Below are positions 10,514-20,198 of a DNA stretch of 46,528 bases, piece after piece. How positions within the stretch are numbered: position 1 is the stretch's first letter; each line of letters begins with the position of its first letter. Origin of the DNA: Priapulus caudatus (lineage: Eukaryota); assembly GCF_000485595.1 (NCBI RefSeq), contig NW_014577091.1, positions 445,375 to 491,902 of the forward strand, in the 5' to 3' direction. The position numbers were made by a program, and so were the translations under genes. The notes under the pieces are model-generated. The model ran no database searches. It saw only the letters and a program-made list of their open reading frames with translations, and was not told the DNA's origin.

Positions 10514-13500
10514 CTATTTGTGTGCTATCGCTGTATCGCCAGGACAATTCTGCTTCATGTCTTCTTGATCTAGAGAACAAAACAATATACATGGCCGAGT
10601 ATAGTGATGGTTAGCCTGGTGAAGATAGCAATATACATACAATGATCACGCAATGATGGGAATGCTTATTTAAACATAATATTAACTAATATTTCTTGGT
10701 GCATCCTGTAGTGTAAAAAGGATACATTTATGGTACAAAAGAATCTCCTGAAATTGTATAATGACAGACAACTTCTATATATATATTATTGTTATAAAAC
10801 TAAATTTATGGAAAATTTCAAAGCCTCTTCGAGTGGGGCACTTAATAGCTTTGACTGAAAATTAGAAATGAAAGCAGATGAAACAAGCGCCGCAGAGCGA
10901 CTGGGCTCATCTGAGGTGTGTTGCTACAGTTATGAACGTAAAATTTCAGTCGTGCGTAGTGACACATTTGCTAGGCGCAGATATGCAGATACGCAGTTGC
11001 GTACACATCATTTCAGCAACCTTCTGCATTCTGTATACTTCCCAAATCCCATTAGTTGATACAAATCGCGTGCCTGAAACTCCTGTTTTATGGTGCATTG
11101 TGACCCTAAACCAAACCCTATTAAAAAATTGTTTTAATTGTTGTAAAAAATTATTTGTTGTTATGAAATGGTTGCAAATAAATCATGTAAATATTTGCCT
11201 TAAATGGAAAGAAATAGTTAAATGGATAAAGATAGAAAAATACAAAAAACAGGTAAATCATAAAAAATCTGATGGGATTCGATCCAAGGACCTTTGAGCC
11301 GTAATCCTGTGCTGTAGCCGATTAGGCTATCGAGGCATATTGGCTTTCCAGATTATGGATGTTTCACTGTGACATCATTGAGGCAGTTCAGGAATCCATG
11401 TTTAACCCTCCTCTTGAGAGTCAAAAGGTTATCCGACACTTACTCTTTGCATTTCAGTGAAAAGTACATTTCATGGTCCTTTCATGCAATAAAGCCATAA
11501 AAATGGTAGGTCACTGCTGAAATAAAAAAGTTTTCTAATCGCTCCGTCAGACCATGTCCTCAGAAAATGTCTAAAATCTGCCCTATGCCCCATTGACCTT
11601 TGACCTGTGACCTCCAATTTCCACACAGCGATGATATGCACCGACTATCACGAGCCTAGGTCGAGCCGTTGAGATTTGTGCCGCAATTCTGCATTTCCTC
11701 CCTATACCTTAAGTTAAGGAGGGAATGTTCCCCCTTCTTTTACACCTCTTGACCTTTGACCTTTGACCCCAGCTTTAACACCCCAACTCGTTTTCGGATT
11801 ACCCCCCACGTCCCGTATATCGTGACCGTACGTTGAGCGGTTTGTGCCCAACTGTTGACGGACGGACGGCACGCACGGACAATCATGCGATTCTACAAGC
11901 TGCATCTGACTACGTCAGAAGAGCTAATAATAAGTAAGTAAATATGAATAATGAAGCAGTGATATAAGATATACATAAATTATAGCGTCTTTCTAAATCA
12001 TGGTAAACAAGATTCATTTGTAGACACATATTTATGTGTGTACACGGATGTGTCCTGCAATTCAGATACACTATATCACAAGTCATGCTCAGATGCTGAA
12101 TGCATGCTTTGCCACAAAAATTCCTGGCACACATAATAAATGCACACTGTCAAACAGAACGTGCATATTATCATCACGTTTCAATCGTTATGATTCGTGC
12201 AAACCACGAATATTCGTTGCACGCAGACTAGTGGACAATAGTTCGCAATCGGGTGCGTGTGAGTGTGGAGCAGCTGACATAACATAACACCCCCCCTATA
12301 AACAACATTGACGACTGCGGGCTAGATCTGCGCGTAGGCGCTGCTGCGCAACCACTGCACACGGACCCAATCTCGCCCACACACTTCTTAAGCAGAGAGC
12401 TTGCGACGGTCGCGCACACCACACTTCAGCATGCATCTCCGGCTGCTGTGCGCCGCGGCATGCCTTCTTGCATCCATTGCAGATTCGTCGTTGCCGCCGC
12501 CCCCCGGTGGCGGCTTGCGCGTGACGGCGGTGGGCGTCGCATTGCCACCGGCGCGCCACGACGCGCAGCTTCACGGCGCGCACCTGCGCTACACGTCGTG
12601 GGTGTGCAGCGCCGCCGACGTCGCCGTCGACCGGCTTCTCGTTCACGCGCTCTCGACGCTCGCCGGCTACCTCAACTACTCCTACACGGTCACGCGCTTC
12701 TGCGACGTCGGCATCGACGCCGTGCTGGCGGCGGCGCAGGACGGCCGCATCGACATCATCGGAAGCATCGTGCAGACGGAAAACTACCTCGACCGCGTGC
12801 TCTACCTCAGGCCGATCATCCACGACAAGTTCAAGATGATCATCAAGATCCCGCCGCGCGACCGCACGGCGAGCCTCGGCATCCTGACGCCCTTCGAGGA
12901 CGAGGTGTGGGCGCTCATCTGCGTGTGTGGCGCGAGCGCAGTCGCCCTCCTCACCGCGCTCGCGCTGCGCGGCAGCGCCGCCTCCCCCTGGCGAGTCGCG
13001 ACGCGCGCCACCACCTTCGTCGTCGGCTCCCTCGTGTGCCAGGGCGGCACGTACATGGCGGCGCGCAGACCCACGCGCGTCTTTGTCGCCATCTGGTGGA
13101 CATTCGGCGTCATCACGTCGGCGATGTACACGGCGATCATCGTCAGCCTGCTCGCCGTCTCCACGAAGTTCGAGTTCCCGTTCACGAGCATCCAGGGGGC
13201 GCTCGAGTCGCCCATGCTGCCGATCGTCATACGCGACTTCTCGGGCATGCAGCTGCTGAAGAGCAACGATCCCGATTCCTTCTACGGCAAGCTGTGGGCG
13301 AAGGTGTTGTCGCACCCACAGGGAATCGTCGAGTCGCTCGAAGAAGCTTTCGACCTCGTAGAGACGGGAGATTACACTCTCTTCAACTCGAAGGTGTTTG
13401 CAAGACTCAACCTGAACAGCAACTCCAGCAACGCCGCCGACTGCCGCATGATAACCTCGCCCGTCAAGTTCTCGCTCATCGGCGTCGGATGGGCGATGCG

Positions 13501-16500
13501 TCACGGCCACCCGCACGCCCACGCCCTCAACCACGGCATCCGGCTGCTCTCTGAGCATGGCCTACTGAATAAGTGGCTGGACGAGGACGACCTGTGGAAC
13601 GACGGCTGCCATTGGAAACATCTGAACACGGACGTCAGCGCGAGCTCAATCACGCTGGAGCACATGCAGCACGTCTTTCTCGCCATCGTCCTCGGCAACA
13701 CAATCGCGTTCCTGGTTCTGTGCGTCGAGAAACTGTACAGCTTCTACCAGTCGAAGAGGGACTGCAGGGAGACGTTACCTGTACACATGACTATGTACTA
13801 GTAGGCGTGACACTGATATTCCAAGTTAATGACGTTTTCCACCACACGGATGGAGTAAGGGATAGGTAGCACGTCAATGGGTGTCACTTTTGTTTTTAAT
13901 AATTTCTTTGCCAAGGCTGTTGCCTTGGATGGATTCTTTAAGATATTAACATATGTACATTAAGTACACTACAGTTACAATTTAACTAGATACTGGTTGT
14001 ATTGTAGGTTTAATGTTATGCACTAAATTTACCAAGTTCTTCAGCTTTTTACAATGTAATAGTGTGCGTGAACAATTTTGGTGTGACCCAGTAAATGGCT
14101 AGTGGTATTTCACTAGCAAAAAAATTCGCGTAAGAAATACAAAAATAACGTACTGTGGGCAGCCGATATGAAAGGAAAGAAGCATTGCACTTACCTGTAT
14201 ATGTTGTGCCACACCAGAGGCAGTAGGTATGTCTATTTCTGAGGTAGCAAGTCAGATACTCTAATTTTTCTTTTGGCTGTTAAAAAAATATAAACATCAT
14301 TTGAACATTTTAGGAAATAAAAGTGGATTGCTTTGAGAAGAGCTCTATGCTTGACTGTTTGGTCTCTGCTTTGTTGAATCAGTGTACAAATTATGACATT
14401 CTATCACTAGATTAGTTTTCTATATAAATTGAAAGAAGTTTTCTATATAAATATAAGTTTTCTATATTAATTTTCTATATATAAGGTTATTATATTATTA
14501 TAGTACATATAATGGTAACAATCATACACTGGTAATTCACTTTTATTATTGCTAATAAAATTGAAGATAAAACATGTCATTACCGGAGATGTATGACTTG
14601 CAAAATATACTACTAGCCATAAGCTAGCTCAACCAAAATTCTACCCTACCTCTATTTTGCTCCATGCACCTGTGGCAATGTATTTCGTATAAAATATTTA
14701 ATACAACTACAGGTAACCATTAACAAGTGCCGCATAGCGACAGCGCTCATCTAACGTCTACTGCGGTGACTCTGTGGTGGAGTGGTGGGATTCTAGTAAA
14801 CCCTGTTAGTCCCAAATGTGTTCACATACATGCCGAAACAGTGGAATGCACAGGGATGGTATCAGGAACCTTCTCAAAAGAATGTTCGTTGGGATCGTTA
14901 TGAAAGTTGCCACGAAATGGCGCGTACGTTTAAGTGTCTTCAGATTAAAGATGGAAGCTCCCATCATACGTAGCAGCAACAACTATCTGCAAGACAGAAT
15001 AGGTAAACACTCATCCATTTACCTACGCAAGCCTACAGGCTGCGCAATAGAGAGCTGCCACCTGTAACCAATTAAGGCAAAAACTCCACAGTACCACAAC
15101 ACATGCACTGGCAGTAGCCACTGGCAGTGGCATACGTTACATGTAACATACTGACACTACAGAATGCCATATAAATTATACGATTTAAGGAGCATAAACC
15201 TTCTTTAACCAAATTTAGCTTTTGAAATTTCACTGTGACATTGTAGCCTCATACATCCAGGCATGTATAGATTCTACTAGCAAATCCGGCAGTCAAATTC
15301 TTTCTAACAGACAGTCAACAAATCCATGTTTAACCCTCCTCTTGAGGGTCAAAAGGTTATCCGACACTTACTCTTCGCATGTCAGCAGAAGGGACATTTC
15401 ATGGTCCTTTCAATAAAGCCATAAAAATGCTAGGTCACCGCTGAAACAAAAAAGTTTTTCAATCGCTCGGTCAGACCATGTCCTCAGAAAATGTCTAAAA
15501 TCTGCCCTGTGCCCATTGACCTTTGACCTTTGACCTCCAATTTCGGCACAGTGATGGCTTTTCCTACCATGATGCTATACACCGACTATCACGAGCCTAG
15601 GTCGAGCCGTTTAGATTTGTGCCGCAATTCTGCATTTCCTCCCTATACCTTAAGTTAAGGAGTGAATGTTCCCCCTTCTTTTACACCTCTTGACCTTTGA
15701 CCTTTGACCCCCAGCTTCGACATCCCAACTCGTTTTGACGATCCCCCCCAATGTGCCGAATATCGTGACCGTACGTCGAGCGGTTAAGATTTGTGCCCAA
15801 CTGTTGACGGACGGACGGACGGACGGACGCCCGGACGGACGCCCGGACGGACGATCATGCGATTCTACAAGCTGCATCTGACTATGTCAGATGAGCTAAA
15901 AAACCCTGCTTTGCCAGATAGCAATGTAGAGCAAGTAGTAAGCAAATTGCCTTACACCCTAATTTTAATAATAACCTCAATATCTGTGCTTTCCTCCTTA
16001 GCTTCATCTTCCTCATCAACATCATCCTCTTCTTCCTCTTCACCCTTCATGATAACTGCAGGCCAAAACCATGGTTCTACAGGAACGTCGACCTCCTAAT
16101 GACAAAAACCCCACATACAATCATCAGTTGTACAGATACCAATCCACCTTGGTCATCTTACATTAAGAGTATCGAAACCATGTTTTAAATATATTATATT
16201 GATAACTATAAACTATTTCTCTAGCTTACATGCAGGTGGGTACAAAACATATCATTATGACATATAACAATTGATCAGCATAGATCATTAATTGCAAATC
16301 CATCTCGTTTGAGTATTATGAATTTCATCATATTCCGCCACACATATATGTAAATTTCATTGAAAAGAGAAGAATGACAGCAGACTGCCAGAGTGGGGTT
16401 GTGATAGTAAATGTAATTTCATAACAAGTATTACCTCACGTTCATCTAGTTGATAACAGACTAGTTGACTCTGTTTTAAGTCCCTTTCTATGTCTCTGTC

Positions 16501-17799
16501 TTCTAACTTTCCCCTTTGCTTTTTCATAAATTCCTCCTTTTAATGAAGTATAGATAAAAAATAATATGAAAGTTACAATTAAACACTATAATTCGACTAT
16601 GAAAATGTCAATATTATTGAGATACAGTTTATAAATTACAAGCAAACTTAATATTTGGTTAAATTTATCATTATTTTAAGGTATAATTCTTTCACTTTGG
16701 ATCATTATGATTGGATATACCAGCCAGACAATCAATAAATGTGTACCTTAAGGTTCTGATCCATCATTTTTCGTTTTCCTTTCCAGCTCGCTCTCATTGT
16801 TTCTACCTCAACTTGCCTCTCTTTTATAGCAGTTTCTTGTCCCAGTCCTCCTCTACCTGCTTTAATTTGTATACCCACTGGTTCTAACCTGCCTTTACTA
16901 GCTTAAATGAAAAAAACAATGAAAAGAACTAGGAACACCAAGCAGCAATCATATAATACAAAACTGTCATCTAGTAGCACTTATTATGAATTTCGAATGC
17001 AGTATTTCGAATTTCGAATCGGTATTATGCAGCACACCTGTCATACAGTGCAACTTACATACATCTATTCATATTATATTCAAACGGTAAACAACATACC
17101 ATCTCTCCCAAGAGCCATGCCAGGTTGATATCCCATTTTTTGAAGAAGTGCAAAGCCCTTGTTATCCTGAGTAATGGCTTTGCTCAGACCAGAGTCCCTC
17201 ATTTCTCTCTCTTGCTGTTTCTTGCTTTTTACTGTATTCTTTATTGCAGATTTGTGTGATTTGGTTTCAGTTTGATTGAACCTAGCTTGATTTCGACTGA
17301 CAAGGCCAGGTCTTTTGTCCTCACTGAAAGTGTAGTGATGAAATAAAATAGTTCTTTAGGATCCCTCACCTACATACATTACCAGCATACATCCCCATAA
17401 CCCTAACCTAAGTCTAACTACTAACTAAATTGCGGACGGTGTGATTTCCAATGCTTACAGCCAAATATGATAACAAAACAGGATTGCTGATTTCAACGTA
17501 TCAAGGGAGACAAATATTGTTCTACAGGTGGGTAAATGAGAAATCAGGATGAATCATGCAATATTTGATTAAAATACGATTTGTCTTTACAATTAAATGT
17601 GACATTGCAAGAAACATGTTATCAATGCCTGAAACAACTAGTAGTAGTAGTACTAGTACGTAGTAGTAAATTAAATTAATGTAATATTACTAATAATGAA
17701 TCATTTGATGTAGATCATCATCTATTTGTAACCTCACCACATAGCAAGCACTGCATCTGACATATAGTCGTCATCACTATCGGTATCTGCCTTATTCAT
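10514..17799 (-). CDS. GPATCH11: G-patch domain-containing protein 11 (CCDC75), ~266 aa, 7 exons: 17738-17799, 17100-17323, 16747-16901, 16435-16536, 15976-16095, 14195-14276, 10514-10569
   Basis: All introns are GT-AG with consistent phases (801 nt total). N-terminus MNKADTDSDDDYMSD; G-patch DNKGFALLQKMGYQPGMALGRDASKGRLEPVGIQIKAGRGGLG; RDLKQSQLVCYQLD; WFWP followed by an acidic tract; C-terminal DUF4187-type LTCYLRNRHTYCLWCGTTY-DQEDMKQNCPG...H*. The exon 5 donor (GTTATT) is weak, and an in-frame alternative 18 nt downstream (AGG|GTGTAA) is possible. Confidence 0.92.
10882..11930 (-). mobile_element. Helentron/HINE-like element, copy A (GPATCH11 intron 6)
   Basis: 5' end TTATTAGCTC(t)TCTGACgtaGTCAGATG hairpin, then a (CCGT)n tract and GGTCAAAGGTCA motifs. 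3' end CAGATGAGCCCAGTCGCTCTGCGGCGCTTGTT (subterminal IR plus short hairpin plus T-rich end). No TSD. The architecture matches DINE-1/HINE elements. Confidence 0.75.
11269..11336 (-). pseudogene. tRNA-derived fragment (SINE-head-like) inside HINE copy A
   Basis: Minus strand GCCTCGATAGCCTAATCGG...TTACGGC...GGATCGAATCCCA has A-box and B-box matches at tRNA spacing. The acceptor stem does not pair, so it is not a functional tRNA. Confidence 0.55.
12297..12302 (+). promoter_or_regulatory. Candidate TATA box of the nested IR gene
   Basis: TATAAA in a C-rich context ~130 nt upstream of ATG 12431; supported by position only. Confidence 0.4.
12431..13801 (+). CDS. Intronless divergent ionotropic receptor (IR / variant iGluR-like ligand-gated channel), 456 aa, no amino-terminal domain
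   Basis: Single ORF; first ATG at 12431 (the track start at 12401 is a TTG). Signal-peptide-like MHLRLLCAAACLLASIADS. S1 lobe includes GIDAVLAAAQDGRIDII. M1 PFEDEVWALICVCGASAVALL; pore loop GSLVCQG; M2 RVFVAIWWTFGVITSAMYTAIIVSLL (variant of SYTANLAAFL). S2 includes GVGWAMRHGHP...LNHGIRLLSEHGLLNKW; last TM ITLEHMQHVFLAIVLGNTIAFLVLCVE. Strong GC3 codon bias against an AT-rich background. Confidence 0.9.
   Translation: MHLRLLCAAACLLASIADSSLPPPPGGGLRVTAVGVALPPARHDAQLHGAHLRYTSWVCSAADVAVDRLLVHALSTLAGYLNYSYTVTRFCDVGIDAVLAAAQDGRIDIIGSIVQTENYLDRVLYLRPIIHDKFKMIIKIPPRDRTASLGILTPFEDEVWALICVCGASAVALLTALALRGSAASPWRVATRATTFVVGSLVCQGGTYMAARRPTRVFVAIWWTFGVITSAMYTAIIVSLLAVSTKFEFPFTSIQGALESPMLPIVIRDFSGMQLLKSNDPDSFYGKLWAKVLSHPQGIVESLEEAFDLVETGDYTLFNSKVFARLNLNSNSSNAADCRMITSPVKFSLIGVGWAMRHGHPHAHALNHGIRLLSEHGLLNKWLDEDDLWNDGCHWKHLNTDVSASSITLEHMQHVFLAIVLGNTIAFLVLCVEKLYSFYQSKRDCRETLPVHMTMY
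14722..15903 (-). mobile_element. Helentron/HINE-like element, copy B (GPATCH11 intron 5)
   Basis: 5' TTTTAGCTCATCTGACATAGTCAGATG plus (CCGT)n at 15808-15852, and the shared ~650-bp core. Diverged 3' end on plus strand: aacaagtgccgcatagcgacagcgctcatct at 14722-14752. Confidence 0.7.
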
Positions 17800-19475
17800 T
17801 GCCAGACGTCGGACGAACAACTGAACTGGAAATTGGAATGCACCATGTCACAATCAGTGAATCACAGGCACTTGAAGCGTTTCAATAAAATATAATGCTA
17901 ACTAAATACGAAATCTATTTACTACCAAATTCTTAATGTTTCTATACTCTCTTTCACCTATTATTGCCGACAGTTTCCTGTAAATTCCGTCTAAATCCTT
18001 TCTGTTCACTATTTTATTTGTGCCGAAGTTCTCCATGTAAATTCCCGCTCGCTAAATCCTACGTGGCAGACATATACGTCGGGCGGGGCCATTCGTTCTC
18101 GGTGTTCCACACTGTTGCACGCTTACACTAATATTATATGCTTATAGCGTCTATGTCCCCAGCGTAGCTGCCGGCAACGTACTCTGGTCACTATTGATAA
18201 TGGTTTAGGGTGTAAGCATATAGGGTTAGCGGTTTAAGGCGAGTAGAGTTAGGCGGTTAGGGTTAGGGAGTAGCGTAGGCGACTGCCCTAGACTCGTTAG
18301 CTGGAGTAGAAGCGTACGGTCGCCATCATTGATAGTACCAGGGACGTTCGCGGTATTACGCGGACGTACGCCAGGGTACCTTCGCAGTAACCCCGGGCGG
18401 ATCATAGACCCTCTCAGCCAATATATATAGTGTAATATATATTATTAGTTGAAGCGTGCACAGTGGGAGCCGCAGCAGCAATGGCGCCGGTAGATATACA
18501 ATATGTTACCCCAAACCCAAGAGGTATAGGGTTACAAGCCTACCCATCCTCCTTGTTGGCGGGGGTAATGCCCGAGTGAATCACTGCGGCGCCGTTTGCT
18601 GGTGCTGTTTTCAGAGACCTGAACTTCCAAACTGGCGTTATTCTCAACCGAACCTATTCTGCCGCATGCGGGAACTTACTATGTATCGCAATAATCTGTA
18701 TTAAACTATATAACCTGTTACATAGAAAATTCGAAGCTGACGAGCGGTCGATTATTCAAGCCGCCATTGTCTGTCTTGAACCTGCTGCACGTACGCAATT
18801 CGCTATGCGGGGCATTTTAGGCGTTTGCGCTACTTGTCATTGACGTTCAACGACTGACAGCAGGCATCTGCATGATACATTTGCGATCTATGCGAGTCAA
18901 AAGCTTAGGCCGAACGCTATGCGCATTGCGGAAATGCCGACGTCCACAGGTCAACAGAAATGGCGCTCGAAATATCCGCCGCCTGATGCACTAGTTCGAA
19001 TTTTTTGTAACAGGCTTATTATTAGTTTAATACAGGAGTATTGCGATACATATAAGTTTCCGGATAGCGGAGAAAGGTTCGTGTTGAATAATAAACCGCA
19101 GTTTGGAAGTCTAGTCTCTGAAGAACGCCAGCGCAGCAAAGCCGGCCCGAGTGCATTCAGCTCGGGCATTCCTTCGCAGCAAAAGGATAGGGAAGGCCTT
19201 TGTAAACCCTATCCTCTAGGGTTTGGGCTTACATCTATTGTATGTCTATGGGCGCGGCAGCGTATATGGTTGCACGTAGATTTGACAGAATTTACCAGCG
19301 AAATGTCCGGCATAATATCTATATATATTAGAGTGGTAAGCGTGCAAACAGTGGAGCCGCGAAAGCAATGCGGCGGCCGGCGCACTAATGCACTTGAAGC
19401 GTCGTTCAATAAAATATAATCCCCTAACTAAATACGGAATCTACATTTAAGCTACCATAAGTACCAAAATTCTAA

Positions 19476-20109
19476 GAGGATACAGTAGCCTCTAGGTTAT
19501 AGGGTTATTTTGCAGCTAATTTAGTGTTATAATTGCGCTACATACAAGAAAAAAAGTTTCATGCGTTCAATCACGCATTTAGAAATTATTTTTTTTAAAT
19601 GTTTTAAACTAACGACTACAGTTTGATTAGCAACGACAGCGTGGCGCCACTCAAGCGCACGCGATCTAGAGAAGTTGCGGCAAAACCACTTTCCCAGGCA
19701 AGGGCTACAGACGGCGGGTATTTCTTATATTCATTTTAAAAGCAAAAGGATTGTAATATCATTATAAACGACAATATAGTTTTAGTTATTAATATGCGAT
19801 AAAATTTCCATAAAAATGAATATCGTTCGGCTTAAATAGCATTTAGGTATATAATATAATTGGCACTTTTGTGATTAAGCCCTCGGCTCAAATTTACCTG
19901 CCAAATAAAAATGCAAATACGCAATCTTTTCAGGTGGCAGCACCGGTCGCGGGTTGTCCATGGCGCCGTTTCCACAATTTCGTAGCGTTGATGTTGTAAA
20001 TAACTAAATTAAAGTATCTGGTGACAAAACATGTGGGTAATTAGACGATTTGCTTATCACAGTAGTAAGTTGTATCCGCAGTAAACATCTCTAGAGGACT
20101 ACTGTCCCT
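19476..20109. mobile_element. TTAA-inserting (Kolobok-like) MITE, noisy sequence
   Basis: Ends gaggatACAGTAGCCTCTAG ... CTAGAGGACTACTGTccct followed by TTAA (20110-20113). The flanks match the uninterrupted sequence at 17868-17985. Confidence 0.55.
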
Positions 20110-20198
20110 TTAATGTTTGCTATACTCTCTTTTCGACCGACCAGTTTCCTGTAAGGTGCAACATGTCGCGCCGCCGACAAACGCCGCCTGCCACTCAA

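Noticed and set aside
12296..13558. 420-aa minus-strand ORF, plus the alternative-frame ORFs 12448-13554 and 12927-13259, over the IR gene
   Set aside because: Shadow ORFs expected from the extreme GC3 bias of the IR coding strand; Arg/Ala/Gly-rich with no recognisable domain.
12431..13801. Horizontal transfer or bacterial contamination suggested by the high GC and lack of introns
   Set aside because: The protein has the eukaryotic iGluR/IR layout including the final TM helix, and the last SLC3 exon is similarly GC-rich, so the composition fits native coding DNA.
10882..15903. HINE copies A and B acting as a composite element that delivered the IR gene
   Set aside because: GPATCH11 exon 6 lies between them and each copy has its own two ends, so they are independent insertions.
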